From contig JAPYPR010000002.1 in the NCBI GenBank assembly GCA_029937545.1, forward strand, positions 129,115 through 193,114: a DNA stretch of 64,000 bases, written 5' to 3'. Shown one piece after another: positions 36,952 through 47,797 of this stretch. The position numbers and the translations under genes are program-made. Origin of the DNA: Erythrobacter sp. Lineage in GTDB: Bacteria > Pseudomonadota > Alphaproteobacteria > Sphingomonadales > Sphingomonadaceae. Within the stretch, counting starts at the first letter, position 1, and every line of letters begins with the position of its first letter. Below the pieces are notes generated by a model that worked only from the letters and a program-made list of their open reading frames with translations, was not told where the DNA came from and did not search any database.

Positions 36952-37272
36952 TCAGCTCTCAAGGGTGGTTGCCGCATTCTCCAGTGCGCTGGCGATGCGT
37001 TCGAGCTGGGTAGCGAGCCGGGCGCTGTCGAACTCCGGAGCTGCGGGCGAGGGAGGCGGCGGCGGAGGAGCGCTCTGCGCCTCGTCCAGCTCGTCGGCCA
37101 GCAGCAATGCAGCGAAGAGTAAATTCTTGGCCTCCTGGCTGGAGAGATTTGCCCCCATCGTGCTCAGCTTGTTGTCGATCATCCCGGCAAGACGCTCGAT
37201 ATGTGCTTCCTGACCGTCCTGGCAGGCGACGGTATATTTCCGCCCGCCGACTTTCAGCGTCACATCGCTCAT
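36952..37272 (-). CDS. zapA: Cell division protein ZapA
   Basis: VGGRKYTVACQDGQEAHIERLA...LLFAALLLADEL. Confidence 0.9.
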   Translation of the reverse strand: MSDVTLKVGGRKYTVACQDGQEAHIERLAGMIDNKLSTMGANLSSQEAKNLLFAALLLADELDEAQSAPPPPPPSPAAPEFDSARLATQLERIASALENAATTLES

Positions 37273-37487
37273 CTTTCGAGGCTCTCGATCAGCGTATCGA
37301 GCTCGGCAAGGCTGCTTTCGACCTGTTCGCGCAATGCTTCGTGTCGCTGCGCAAGCACGCTATCGCCAGCATCGTCATTGTCGGATGAGGCGTTGCTGGA
37401 ATGGCGCGAAAGGGCCGCCTGTGTTTCGATCCGGCTCAGCGCACGGTCTATGCGATCCATCGCCTGGGTTATGCGTTCTGCCGACAT
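37269..37487 (-). CDS. Small coiled-coil protein upstream of zapA
   Basis: Heptad-rich 72 aa overlapping the zapA start. Confidence 0.7.
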   Translation of the reverse strand: MSAERITQAMDRIDRALSRIETQAALSRHSSNASSDNDDAGDSVLAQRHEALREQVESSLAELDTLIESLER

Positions 37488-37661
37488 GATGTCCCGAATT
37501 ACCAAGATTGCCGATTATAGGCAAAGCCTTGCACCGTCCTGTTGATAAGTTGGGTCAGCCCGAAGCCGCCTGTGTATGGCCCGGTAGCCGCCTTGACCTG
37601 CCGCCTCCCCTCCGCGATGGCTTCCGCGCGTCGAATCGGCCCTTTTCCGGAGAGCATCAGC

Positions 37662-39653
37662 ATGAGCCTTGAAACGTCCCGCATGGTCCAGATGGCCTCC
37701 GCCATCCGGGCACTTTCGATGGATGCGGTACAGGCGGCGAATTCGGGCCATCCCGGCATGCCGATGGGCATGGCCGACGTCGCCACGGTGCTGTGGAGCG
37801 AATATCTCAAGCACGACCCGAAGACGCCCGATTGGGCCGATCGCGACCGCTTCGTGCTCTCCGCAGGTCACGGGTCCATGTTGATCTACGCGCTGCTCCA
37901 CCTCTCGGGCTACGACGCGCCGACGATGGAGGACATTCGCAATTTCCGCCAGCTCGGCAGCCCCTGTGCAGGCCATCCGGAAAACTTTCTTCTTGCCGGA
38001 GTGGAATGTACCACCGGTCCCCTGGGGCAGGGCCTCGCGATGGCAGTCGGCATGGCGATCGCCGAGCGCAAGCTGAACGCCGATTTCGGCGACGATCTGG
38101 TCGATCACCGAACCTGGGTGGTTGCGGGCGACGGTTGTCTGATGGAAGGCATCAACCACGAGGCGATCGGGCTGGCGGGCCATCTCAAGCTCGGCCGGAT
38201 GAACGTGTTGTGGGACGACAACAATATTACCATCGATGGGTCGACCGACCTTTCGACCAGCGAAAACATCAAGGCTCGCTACGAGGCGACCGGCTGGCAT
38301 GTGGTGAGCTGCAACGGGCATGATTTCGACGATATCCGCCGCGCGCTGGACGAAGCGGTCGCGGACGAACGCCCCTCGCTGATCGCTTGCAGCACCGTGA
38401 TCGGCAAGGGCGCTCCGAACAAGCAGGGCACCAGCGAAACCCACGGCGCGCCGCTGGGCGACGATGAAATCGCCGCTGCGCGCGACCTGCTGGGCTGGGA
38501 TGCGAAACCATTCGAAATTCCCGAACAGGTGCTGGCCGACTGGCGCGGCACTGCCGAAAACGGGCAGAACGCCTATCGTAGCTGGCTCGACCGGCTCTCC
38601 AATGACGGTCGGCGCGCTGACTTCGAGCGACGCATGGCGGGCGATCTGCCCGAAAGCTTCAGCCTTGACGATTATATCGGCAAGCTCATCGCCGAACCGC
38701 AGAAGGTCGCGACGCGCAAGGCCAGCGAGATGGCGCTGGCGCAGATCAACGGCCAGCTGGCCGAGACCATGGGCGGCAGTGCCGACCTGACCGGCTCGAA
38801 CAATACCAAGGCCGGCGGCATCGGCCCCTTCACGGCGGACGACTATTCCGGACGCTACATCTATTACGGCATTCGCGAATTCGGCATGGCCGCGGCGATG
38901 AACGGCATGGCGCTGCATGGTGGCATCATCCCTTACGGCGGTACATTCCTGGTGTTCACCGATTATTGTCGCGGGGCGGTCCGGCTGTCGGCGCTGCAGG
39001 AAGCGCGCGTAATCTATGTGATGACGCATGACAGCATCGGCCTTGGCGAAGACGGCCCGACGCACCAGCCGATCGAGCATGTCCAATCGCTGCGGATGAT
39101 CCCAAATCTACTGGTTATGCGGCCCGCCGATGCGGTTGAGACAGCCGAGTGCTGGGACATCGCCTTGCGCGAAAAGGATCGCCCGACTGTGCTCGCACTC
39201 AGCCGCCAGAACCTGCCGCAGGTTCGCAACGCGCCGGACGAGACCGGTATGTGCTCGAAGGGTGCCTACCGCCTCAAGCAGGCAAGCGCAGAGCGGCGCG
39301 TCATTCTGATCGCAACCGGATCCGAAGTGCATGTCGCACTGGAATGCGCAGAGCAGCTTGAACAACAGGGCATTGGCGCAGACGTCGTTTCGATGGTCTG
39401 CACCGAATTGTTCGACGAGCAGGACGAAAGCTACAAGACCGACCTTCTGCCGAGTGTCGATCCCGGCGAGATCCTGCGGGTCAGCATCGAGGCCGGCACG
39501 ACCTTCGGGTGGGAGCGCTATACCATGGTGAATGGCCTGAACATCGGCATCGACCGCTTCGGCGCGAGTGCGCCAGCGCCCGACCTGTTCGAGAAATTCG
39601 GCATCACCGCGGACGCGATCGTCCCGCAAATCATGAACAAATTGAACGGCTAA
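37662..39653 (+). CDS. tkt: Transketolase
   Basis: AANSGHPG, DRFVLSAGHGS, GDGCLMEG, THDSIGLGEDGPTHQP. Confidence 0.98.
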   Translation: MSLETSRMVQMASAIRALSMDAVQAANSGHPGMPMGMADVATVLWSEYLKHDPKTPDWADRDRFVLSAGHGSMLIYALLHLSGYDAPTMEDIRNFRQLGSPCAGHPENFLLAGVECTTGPLGQGLAMAVGMAIAERKLNADFGDDLVDHRTWVVAGDGCLMEGINHEAIGLAGHLKLGRMNVLWDDNNITIDGSTDLSTSENIKARYEATGWHVVSCNGHDFDDIRRALDEAVADERPSLIACSTVIGKGAPNKQGTSETHGAPLGDDEIAAARDLLGWDAKPFEIPEQVLADWRGTAENGQNAYRSWLDRLSNDGRRADFERRMAGDLPESFSLDDYIGKLIAEPQKVATRKASEMALAQINGQLAETMGGSADLTGSNNTKAGGIGPFTADDYSGRYIYYGIREFGMAAAMNGMALHGGIIPYGGTFLVFTDYCRGAVRLSALQEARVIYVMTHDSIGLGEDGPTHQPIEHVQSLRMIPNLLVMRPADAVETAECWDIALREKDRPTVLALSRQNLPQVRNAPDETGMCSKGAYRLKQASAERRVILIATGSEVHVALECAEQLEQQGIGADVVSMVCTELFDEQDESYKTDLLPSVDPGEILRVSIEAGTTFGWERYTMVNGLNIGIDRFGASAPAPDLFEKFGITADAIVPQIMNKLNG

Positions 39654-39668
39654 GCAGGAGTTTATTCC

Positions 39669-40676
39669 ATGGCGACGAAGGTTGCAATCAACGGTTTCGG
39701 ACGTATCGGCCGCCTCGTGGCGCGCGCCATTCTGGAGCGTGACGATCACGATCTCGACCTGGTCAGCATCAACGACCTGGCCGACACCAATGCGAATGCG
39801 CTGCTGTTCCAGTACGACAGCACGCACGGCCGCTTTCCCGGCACGGTCGAGACCGGCGACAACGCCATCATAGTCAACGGCAAAAGCATCACGGTCACGA
39901 GCGAGCGTGAGCCCGGCAAGCTGCCGCATGGCGAGCAGGGCATCGACATCGTCCTCGAATGCACCGGCTTCTTCCAGTCGGACGAAGCCTGCCGCCCGCA
40001 TCTCGACGCCGGTGCCAAGCGCGTGCTGATCTCGGCCCCGGCCAAGAATGTGTCCGCCACCATCGTCTATGGCGTGAACCACGATGTGCTGACCGCCGAA
40101 GACGTGATCGTTTCGAATGCCAGCTGCACCACCAACTGCCTCTCGCCCATGGCCAAGGTGCTCCACGACACGGTCGGGATCGAGCGCGGCTTCATGACCA
40201 CGATCCACAGCTACACCAACGACCAGCGCATGCTCGACCAGATGCATTCCGACATGCGCCGGGCCCGCGGCGGTGCGCAGAACATGATCCCGACCACCAC
40301 CGGCGCCGCTCGTGCGGTCGGCCTCGTTCTGCCTGAATTGGCCGGCAAGCTGGACGGCAGCTCGGTCCGCGTGCCGACCCCGAATGTCAGCCTCGTCGAT
40401 CTCGTCTTCACCCCCGGTCGCGACACCAGTGCCGAGGAACTGAACGCGGCGCTGAAGGAAGCCGCCGAAGGCAAGATGAAGGGCGTGCTCGACTATACCG
40501 ACCAGCCGCTCGTCAGCTCGGACTTCAACCACTATCCGGCCAGCTCGACCATCGACAGCCTCGAGACCAGCGTGATGGAAGGCAAGCTCGCCCGTGTCGT
40601 CAGCTGGTACGACAATGAGTGGGGCTTCTCGAACCGCATGCTCGACACCGCCGGCGTAATGGCGAAGTTCCTGTAA
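39669..40676 (+). CDS. gap: Glyceraldehyde-3-phosphate dehydrogenase
   Basis: INGFGRIGR, SNASCTTNCL, WYDNEWG. Confidence 0.98.
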   Translation: MATKVAINGFGRIGRLVARAILERDDHDLDLVSINDLADTNANALLFQYDSTHGRFPGTVETGDNAIIVNGKSITVTSEREPGKLPHGEQGIDIVLECTGFFQSDEACRPHLDAGAKRVLISAPAKNVSATIVYGVNHDVLTAEDVIVSNASCTTNCLSPMAKVLHDTVGIERGFMTTIHSYTNDQRMLDQMHSDMRRARGGAQNMIPTTTGAARAVGLVLPELAGKLDGSSVRVPTPNVSLVDLVFTPGRDTSAEELNAALKEAAEGKMKGVLDYTDQPLVSSDFNHYPASSTIDSLETSVMEGKLARVVSWYDNEWGFSNRMLDTAGVMAKFL

Positions 40677-40686
40677 GGACTATTCG

Positions 40687-41886
40687 ATGAGCAATTTCAG
40701 GACCCTGGACGACCTTGGCGATATCACCGGCAAGGTCGCACTGGTGCGCGTCGATCTCAACCTTCCGATGAAGGACGGGTCGGCCACCGATGTCACGCGG
40801 GTAGAGGCGGTGAAACCCACGATCCTCGAACTCGCCGACAAAGGTGCCAAGGTCTTGTTGCTCGCCCATTACGGCCGTCCAAAGGGTCAGCGCCATTCGA
40901 CCATGTCGACCAGCTTCGTGCAGGGCGATGTCGAGAAGGTGCTCGGCAAGGAGATCATGTTCATTCCCGAGGTCATGGGCCCGGTGGTCGAACAGTCGAT
41001 CGGCATTCTCGGCAATGGCGACATCGGCCTGCTCGACAACGTGCGCTTCTGGCCCGGCGAGGAAGCCAACGATCCGGACTTCGCCAAGGGCATCGCCGCT
41101 CATGGCGATTTCTACGTCAACGATGCCTTCTCCGCCGCGCACCGCGCCCATGCCTCGACCGAGGGGCTGGCGCACCACCTCCCGGCCTATGCCGGCCGGG
41201 CGATGGAAGCGGAGCTGAAGGCGCTCGACGCTGCGCTCGGCAGCCCGGAGCAGCCAGTGGCGGCAGTGGTCGGCGGGGCGAAGGTCTCGACCAAGCTGGA
41301 CGTACTCGAAAACCTCGTCGGCAAGGTCCAGCACCTGATCATCGGCGGCGGTATGGCTAACACTTTCCTCGCCGCGAAGGGTGTCGACGTCGGCAAATCG
41401 CTGTGCGAGCACGACCTCACCGACACCGCCAATCGCATCATGGACGAGGCGGACCACGCCGGTTGCACGGTGCATCTGCCTTATGACGTCGTGGTCGCGA
41501 AGGAATTCGCCGCCAATCCGTCGTCGCTGCGGACCTGCAACGTCCATGAAGTCGCCGAAGACGAGATGATTCTCGACGTCGGCCCGCTCGCGACCGAGGC
41601 GCTGGGCGACGTACTGAAGACATGCCGCACGCTGGTGTGGAACGGTCCGATGGGCGCCTTCGAGACCGAGCCTTTCGACGCCGCCACCCTGGCGCTGGCC
41701 AAGACGACGGCGGCGCTGACGCAGGATGGTTCGCTCACCTCGGTGGCAGGCGGGGGCGATACCGTCGCAGCACTCGCGCATGCCGGGGTGAAGGACGACT
41801 TCACTTTCGTCTCGACCGCCGGGGGCGCCTTCCTCGAATGGATGGAAGGCAAGGACCTTCCAGGCGTCGCCGCGCTGACCGCATGA
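40687..41886 (+). CDS. pgk: Phosphoglycerate kinase
   Basis: RVDLNLP, NDAFSAAHRAH, GGAKVSTK, STAGGAFLEW. Confidence 0.98.
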   Translation: MSNFRTLDDLGDITGKVALVRVDLNLPMKDGSATDVTRVEAVKPTILELADKGAKVLLLAHYGRPKGQRHSTMSTSFVQGDVEKVLGKEIMFIPEVMGPVVEQSIGILGNGDIGLLDNVRFWPGEEANDPDFAKGIAAHGDFYVNDAFSAAHRAHASTEGLAHHLPAYAGRAMEAELKALDAALGSPEQPVAAVVGGAKVSTKLDVLENLVGKVQHLIIGGGMANTFLAAKGVDVGKSLCEHDLTDTANRIMDEADHAGCTVHLPYDVVVAKEFAANPSSLRTCNVHEVAEDEMILDVGPLATEALGDVLKTCRTLVWNGPMGAFETEPFDAATLALAKTTAALTQDGSLTSVAGGGDTVAALAHAGVKDDFTFVSTAGGAFLEWMEGKDLPGVAALTA

Positions 41887-42341
41887 GCGAGAACGAAGCT
41901 GTCGGTTCGGGCGGCGGGCTGATCCCGGTTACCGAAGGCGAATTCGCAGGTTGGTCCACCTGGAACAGCGACGCTTTCGAGCAGCGCGCCGGTCCGTTTT
42001 ACGAGCGCCGCGATGAGAATGGCGGTTACGTATCCGCTTTCCGTGCGGAAGAACGACACATGAATGGTGCAGGCTTCATGCATGGCGGCTGCCTGATGAC
42101 TTTTGCCGACAGCGCATTGTTCACCATCGCCACCGATGAATTGGTAAATTCGCACGGCGTGACCATGCATCTTGCGGGCGACTTTCTCGATCCTGCCCGT
42201 GTCGGCCAGCTGATCGAGGCACGCGGCGAAGTTGTGCGGGCTGGCGGCAAGACGATCTACGTCGTCGGCAAGATCTCCGCCGATGGCGCTCCGGTGCTCA
42301 GCTTCAACGGAATCATCCGAAAGATCACCCGTAGGGACTGA
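41883..42341 (+). CDS. PaaI family thioesterase
   Basis: HMNGAGFMHGGCLMTFAD hot-dog motif. Confidence 0.85.
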   Translation: MSENEAVGSGGGLIPVTEGEFAGWSTWNSDAFEQRAGPFYERRDENGGYVSAFRAEERHMNGAGFMHGGCLMTFADSALFTIATDELVNSHGVTMHLAGDFLDPARVGQLIEARGEVVRAGGKTIYVVGKISADGAPVLSFNGIIRKITRRD

Positions 42342-43100
42342 TCAACGATAGTCCGGATTGGGCGCGTCGAAGCGGTAGCCTTCTTTCCACAGATCCACGG
42401 TGTTGCCCCACGCCGGAATGCCGCCAGCATCCTTGAGCATGCGCGCGAAATGCATCAGGTTCCAGGTCATGAAAGTGGTGTTGCGGCGGGTAAAGTCGTT
42501 GTCGAAGCCGACATGGCCGCTCCCGTCTTCCTTGGCGTCGCCATAGCTGGGGCCGGGGCCCGCTTCGCCGATCCATCCGGCGTCCGCCTGCGGGGGGATG
42601 GTGTAGCCGACGTGCTGGAGCGAATAGAGGACGCCCATGCCGACATGCTTGATGCCGTCTTCGTTACCGGTAACGACGCAGCCGCCGACCTTGCCGTAGA
42701 AGGCATATTGCCCCTTGTCGTTCGTCTGGCCGGAATGCGCGTAGAGCCGCTCGATCAGGCGCTGGCACACGGAAGATTTCTCGCCCAACCAGATCGGAGT
42801 GCCGACCAGCAGAATGTCGGCGGCCTGGACCTTCTCCCAGATGGTCGGCCAATCGTCGTGTCTCGCGCCATGCTCGGTCATATCCGGGTAGACACCTGGT
42901 GCAATTGCATGATCGACCAGCCGGACTGTTTCCAGGCCGACGTTGTTCTTGACCAGGATGGCTTCGGCAACCCCTAACAGTTTGTCGGTATGCGACCCCT
43001 GCGGCGAGGGCTTCAGGGTGCAGTTGATCGTCAGTGCCCGCAAATCGGAAAAGTCGGTCGTATTGTCTTTGCAAAGCTGCTCTTGCGTATCGTCCAGCAT
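42342..43100 (-). CDS. Flavodoxin-family / NADPH-dependent FMN reductase
   Basis: NCTLKPSP..SHT, GTPIWLG, VTGNEDG. Confidence 0.85.
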   Translation of the reverse strand: MLDDTQEQLCKDNTTDFSDLRALTINCTLKPSPQGSHTDKLLGVAEAILVKNNVGLETVRLVDHAIAPGVYPDMTEHGARHDDWPTIWEKVQAADILLVGTPIWLGEKSSVCQRLIERLYAHSGQTNDKGQYAFYGKVGGCVVTGNEDGIKHVGMGVLYSLQHVGYTIPPQADAGWIGEAGPGPSYGDAKEDGSGHVGFDNDFTRRNTTFMTWNLMHFARMLKDAGGIPAWGNTVDLWKEGYRFDAPNPDYR

Positions 43101-43226
43101 CCATTTCTCCGCTTCTCTCGAACCAATACGTCCCGGCACGGTATAAGTTACCCGCGCGCTGTTGCAGGTGCAAAACCGCTTGGCTAAGGGGCGCGCATAC
43201 GAATGCACAGGTACGAGGACTTCCCG

Positions 43227-44114
43227 ATGACTTTCGATGAAATGAAGGCGCGCGTCGCCACCGGCCAGGGCTTTATCGCGGCGCTCGACCAGTCGGGTGG
43301 CTCCACGCCCAAGGCGCTGAAGGGCTATGGCGTCGAGGACAGCGCCTGGACCACCGAGGACGAAATGTTCGGCCTGATCCACGAAATGCGTCAGCGCATT
43401 ATCGAGGCACCTAGCTTCGGCAACGGCAAGGTCATCGGCGCCATCCTGTTCGAAAAGACGATGGACGGCGAAAGCGGAGGCAAGAGCGTGCCTGCGCGCC
43501 TGAAAGAACGCGGCATCGTCCCCTTCCTCAAAGTCGACAAGGGCTTGGAAGACGAACGCGACGGGGCCCAGCTGATGAAGCCCAATCCGGGCCTCGAAGA
43601 CATGTGCCGCCGCGCTAAGGATCTCGGTGTTTTCGGCACCAAGATGCGTTCGGTCGTAAAGTCGGCCAATCCGGTCGGCATCAAGGAAGCCGTGCGCCAG
43701 CAATTCGCGGAAGGCGCGCGCATCCTCTCGACCGGTCTGGTGCCCATGCTTGAGCCGGAATACGACATCACCGCCGCCGACCGCGCGGAAGGCGAAGCGA
43801 TCATGCTAGAAGCGATCGAAGAAGGTCTCGATGCGTTGCCCGAGGGTCAGCAGGTCATGCTGAAGCTCTCCATCCCGAAAACGGCAGGCCTTTATTCCGG
43901 TCTGACCGACCATCCCAAGGTGCTCCGCGTCGTCGCGCTATCGGGCGGCTACTCGACTGACGAAGCCTGCGCCGAACTCACAAAGAATCCCGGCATGATC
44001 GCAAGCTTCAGCCGCGGTCTGCTTCAGGATTTGCGGCACAACCAGAGCGACGAGGATTTCGACGGCACGCTTTCGGGCGCGATCGACCAGATCCACGCTG
44101 CGAGTGTTACCTGA
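43227..44114 (+). CDS. fda: Fructose-bisphosphate aldolase class I
   Basis: GFIAALDQSGGSTPKAL, PFLKVDKG, GTKMRSV, VALSGGY. Confidence 0.93.
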   Translation: MTFDEMKARVATGQGFIAALDQSGGSTPKALKGYGVEDSAWTTEDEMFGLIHEMRQRIIEAPSFGNGKVIGAILFEKTMDGESGGKSVPARLKERGIVPFLKVDKGLEDERDGAQLMKPNPGLEDMCRRAKDLGVFGTKMRSVVKSANPVGIKEAVRQQFAEGARILSTGLVPMLEPEYDITAADRAEGEAIMLEAIEEGLDALPEGQQVMLKLSIPKTAGLYSGLTDHPKVLRVVALSGGYSTDEACAELTKNPGMIASFSRGLLQDLRHNQSDEDFDGTLSGAIDQIHAASVT

Positions 44115-44117
44115 CGC

Positions 44118-44507
44118 TCAGCGCCGTTCGAAGGTGAAGCGATACTCGGTGGCCGGGATTTCGCCGGCCGCAGTCTTCTCCGGCGTTGCATTCGTGAGGA
44201 CGTAGGACCGCCCAAGAACCTCGTAGGGTTCGCCCAGCGTCAGAGGGGCAGTCTGCGCCCAGCTTGTCGCGGTGATTCGGGTTGAGACCGTCAGTCTGCC
44301 CGCCCAGGCGCATCGGACGTGGGCCGGGCAGCGGCTGTCTTCGGTTACCGCCAGCGGCTTGAGGATGGTGTCGCCCGTCCAGACCGCCTCGCCGAGCGCA
44401 ACCGGCGTGCCTTGCGTCGCGGCATCGCCGTTCACGCGCGGCGTGTCGGGGATAATCGCGCAAGCGGTCAGCGGAAGGGTGAGCGCGGCGGCAAAAGCAG
44501 TCTTCAT
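44118..44507 (-). CDS. Hypothetical lipoprotein
   Basis: Lipobox LTAC; EDSRCP..V.CAWAG. Confidence 0.75.
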   Translation of the reverse strand: MKTAFAAALTLPLTACAIIPDTPRVNGDAATQGTPVALGEAVWTGDTILKPLAVTEDSRCPAHVRCAWAGRLTVSTRITATSWAQTAPLTLGEPYEVLGRSYVLTNATPEKTAAGEIPATEYRFTFERR

Positions 44508-44587
44508 CCGGGCATTAGCGGCCAGCGACGCTGTCGCTCATCTGAACGGGTGACGAATTGCGACGAGCGCATTAGAGAACGCGACCG

Positions 44588-45211
44588 ATGACCGATTGCC
44601 AGCTCTATCTGATCTCGCCGCTCGATGTGTCGGGCACTTTTCCCGAGCGCCTCGAACGCGCTCTCGACGCGGGGAAGGGAGTTGTTACCGCGTTCCAGTT
44701 TCGGGTGAAGGGGCTGGACCAGCACGAGGCAGCGCGGCTTGCGGAGCCGCTGCAGGCGATCTGCGCGGCGCGCGAGGTGGCCTTTATCGTCAATGACGAC
44801 GTCGCGCTCGCCAAGCGCCTCGGAGCCGATGGCGTGCATCTGGGCCAGGGCGACGGTGATCCGCGCGAGGCGCGCGAAGAGCTCGGCCGCGAGGCACAGA
44901 TCGGCGTAACCTGTCACGATTCGCGCCACCTCGCGCTGGAAGCGGGCGAGGCCGGGGCGGATTATGTGGCGTTCGGCGCATTCTTTCCTAGCGAAACAAA
45001 GGAAACCTCGCACCGAGCAGATATCGAGCTGCTCGAATGGTGGAGCGAAATGGTCGAGCTGCCCTCAGTGGCCATCGGCGGCATTACGCCAGCAAATTGC
45101 GCACCTCTTATCAAGGCCGGAGCCGACTTTCTCGCCGTGTCGGGCGCAATCTGGTCCGGCGACGAAGTGGCTGCCGTAAAAGCCTTTGTGGAGCAAATCG
45201 GCAAGGCGTGA
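44588..45211 (+). CDS. thiE: Thiamine-phosphate synthase
   Basis: FQFRVK, FIVNDD, DGVHLGQGD, VAIGGI. Confidence 0.95.
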   Translation: MTDCQLYLISPLDVSGTFPERLERALDAGKGVVTAFQFRVKGLDQHEAARLAEPLQAICAAREVAFIVNDDVALAKRLGADGVHLGQGDGDPREAREELGREAQIGVTCHDSRHLALEAGEAGADYVAFGAFFPSETKETSHRADIELLEWWSEMVELPSVAIGGITPANCAPLIKAGADFLAVSGAIWSGDEVAAVKAFVEQIGKA

Positions 45212-45261
45212 GTTTGACATCCTGAAGGGACCGGATGCGTCCCGATTTCAGGAGATCGCAC

Positions 45262-46569
45262 ATGTCGTTCAAGGCCCATACCCTCGCCATCGCCACATCG
45301 CTTCTGGCGCTTTCCGCCTGCGGATCGGGCGGGGCCGACAATGCCGATCAGCCAGAGACCAGCGCCACCAGCACCGCGCAGAACAATTATGGTTATGAGA
45401 CCTATGGCGACGACAATCTCGCCGACACCATGGCCTCGAACGACGAACGCTACATGAATGCGTCCGAAAGTGACTCGGCCGATGGCGCCCAGTCCGCCGA
45501 CATCCCCGACCCCGAAGACCGCCCGATCATGCAGGCGCAGGTCGTGCTGGATCGCATCGGTTTCGGGCCGGGCGTGATCGACGGCAAAATGGGCATGAGC
45601 ACCGAGAACGCGCTCAATGGCTTTCAGGAAGCGAATGACCTCGATGTTACGGGCGAACTCGATGACGCCACAAGGCAAGCGCTGTCCGAATGGGAGCGGA
45701 TCCCGGCGACGCGCGTCGTAACGATCCCTGTCAGCTGGAGTGACGCCGAATACACGGACATTCCCGAGGAAACGGAGGCCCAGGCCGAGCTCGAACGCAT
45801 GGGCTACAAATCGCTGGATGAGCGACTTGCAGAGCGTTTCCACACGACTGTCGATGTTCTCAAGCAGCTCAATCCGAACGGTCGACCTGCCGGTGCAAGG
45901 AGCCCAAGCGGTTCGGCAAGCGGTACGCCGACGGCGTCGCCTACGGCTACCGGCAGTTCGACGCCGCCACCGACCCCCAGCGCGAGTTCTACGCGCACGG
46001 CGTCCAATGACAGTGCGTCCAGCGCGAGTTACTTCACACCCGGCCAGCAGATCCGCGTGCCGAATATCGGCGCCGACCGCATCGCACCCGGCTCCGTCGA
46101 AGATACGGGCTGGCAGCAGACTCTCGCCTCGCTCGGTGTCGGCAGCGACCAACCCGAGGTCGACCGCATCGTCGTCAGCAAGGCCGGCAAGACGCTGAAA
46201 GCGTACCAGGGTGAAAAGCTCGTCGCGCTATTCACGGTCAGCTCCGGTTCCAGCGAATTCCCGCTGCCGATTGGCGAATGGGACATCGTCGGCGAAGCAT
46301 ACAACCCGCCGTTCGATTACGATCCAAAGGTCCTGCAGGGAGACGAAGACGCAGAGGGCGAGGAGTTCACTCTTCCGCCGGGGCCGAATGGCCCGGTCGG
46401 CGTGGTCTGGATCGATTTGTCGAAAGAGCATTACGGTATTCACGGTACCCCCGACCCCGAAACCATCGGCAGGGCGCAAAGCCATGGCTGCGTGCGCCTG
46501 ACCAACTGGGACGCTGCACGGCTCGCCGGGATGGTCTCGCAATCGACAGAGGTGATTTTCGAGGCGTGA
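45262..46569 (+). CDS. L,D-transpeptidase (YkuD family) lipoprotein with a peptidoglycan-binding domain
   Basis: LSAC lipobox, GPGVIDG, YGIHGT...SHGCVRL. Confidence 0.9.
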   Translation: MSFKAHTLAIATSLLALSACGSGGADNADQPETSATSTAQNNYGYETYGDDNLADTMASNDERYMNASESDSADGAQSADIPDPEDRPIMQAQVVLDRIGFGPGVIDGKMGMSTENALNGFQEANDLDVTGELDDATRQALSEWERIPATRVVTIPVSWSDAEYTDIPEETEAQAELERMGYKSLDERLAERFHTTVDVLKQLNPNGRPAGARSPSGSASGTPTASPTATGSSTPPPTPSASSTRTASNDSASSASYFTPGQQIRVPNIGADRIAPGSVEDTGWQQTLASLGVGSDQPEVDRIVVSKAGKTLKAYQGEKLVALFTVSSGSSEFPLPIGEWDIVGEAYNPPFDYDPKVLQGDEDAEGEEFTLPPGPNGPVGVVWIDLSKEHYGIHGTPDPETIGRAQSHGCVRLTNWDAARLAGMVSQSTEVIFEA

Positions 46570-46586
46570 GGCGCTAGGGAGCTATC

Positions 46587-47282
46587 ATGAAGCTCGCCGA
46601 CCGCATCCTCACCATCGTCATCACCGCCACGCTGACCAGCGCGGTATGGATCATCGTGGGTGGCAGCCTGATCGAAAACGCGACGAGTGAGGGCCAGCGC
46701 GACAGCACGCGGCCGGCAGAAGCCGCGCCGAGCCCCGCGGCCGACGACAGCTTACCCGCCGGCGCGACGCCGGCTCCGGAGACGCCGGGCCCCGGCGCCG
46801 ATCCACTCGACACGAAGGTGGTTCGCGCACCGGCATCCTCGGCACCCGGAACCTTGCAGGTTCCAGTGCTGAATATCCGACCCGGCGATTTGACCGACAC
46901 CTTCAGCGACTCGCGTGGTGGCGGGGACCGGCTGCACGAGGCAATCGACATCATGGCGCCGACAGGCACCAGCGTCGTCGCTGCCGCACCCGGCCAGATC
47001 GAGCGCCTGTTCAAGTCCGAAGCGGGCGGTAATACGGTTTACGTCCGCTCGACCGACGGCGAGACGATCTACTACTACGCTCATCTCGATGAATATGCGG
47101 AGGGGCTCAGGGAGGGGCAGCGCGTCCGCCGCGGGCAGCGCCTCGGCACGGTCGGCAGCAGCGGCAATGCGAGCGAGGATGCGCCACACCTCCACTTTGC
47201 GATTATGCAGACCACGAAGGATGCGGAATGGTGGGAGCCGGCGAATGCGCTCAACCCGTACACCATGCTGACACAGCGCTGA
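46587..47282 (+). CDS. M23 family metallopeptidase
   Basis: HEAID, YYYAHL, PHLHF. Confidence 0.9.
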   Translation: MKLADRILTIVITATLTSAVWIIVGGSLIENATSEGQRDSTRPAEAAPSPAADDSLPAGATPAPETPGPGADPLDTKVVRAPASSAPGTLQVPVLNIRPGDLTDTFSDSRGGGDRLHEAIDIMAPTGTSVVAAAPGQIERLFKSEAGGNTVYVRSTDGETIYYYAHLDEYAEGLREGQRVRRGQRLGTVGSSGNASEDAPHLHFAIMQTTKDAEWWEPANALNPYTMLTQR

Positions 47283-47285
47283 TAG

Positions 47286-47651
47286 CTAGTCGCGGGCTCC
47301 GGTCCGGTGGCAGCGCAGGCGACCGAGCTTTCCGTCGCGCCCGATCTCTTGGAGCAGGCCCGAGCTCAACACCATCAGCTTCATGCCGCGCATGGGGCCG
47401 CGGGTGAAGATGACCTGCCGGCCTTCCATAAGGTAGGTGCCGCCACCGCGCGGCGTGTCGTAACTCGAGCCGCCCTCGATCGTAAACTCGCGGCCCACCT
47501 GTTCGACCCAGGCACTGCCGGTCGCGTCGCCGGGCAGGGCGCAGATATAGGTTCCGCGGTCCAGCAGTTTCAGCCGACCCTGCGCATCGAGGGGTGAAGT
47601 GAGCAGGCCCGCAATACATGCGAGCGCGATGCAAAATGCAGTAAGTCTCAT
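47286..47651 (-). CDS. Hypothetical exported protein
   Basis: Signal peptide, GTYICALPGDA, GGTY. Confidence 0.65.
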   Translation of the reverse strand: MRLTAFCIALACIAGLLTSPLDAQGRLKLLDRGTYICALPGDATGSAWVEQVGREFTIEGGSSYDTPRGGGTYLMEGRQVIFTRGPMRGMKLMVLSSGLLQEIGRDGKLGRLRCHRTGARD

Positions 47652-47797
47652 AAGATCCGTCCACACCCTACATAGCATATCTCGCACGAATTTCCACTCG
47701 CCTTGCCGGCATGCCTCCACTCGGCTAAGGCGCGCGGCGCACGAGGTCATCGCAGCAATGGTGGCCAGCTCTTTTAAAAGTCGAAGGTAGCTTCCCC

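Noticed and set aside
29709-43703. Long antisense or alternative-frame ORFs (e.g. 29709-30779, 30509-31897, 37515-39086, 39108-40532, 40600-41781) and 5' extensions (30221, 31756, 37542, 43703)
   Set aside because: High-GC shadow ORFs of well-conserved housekeeping genes.
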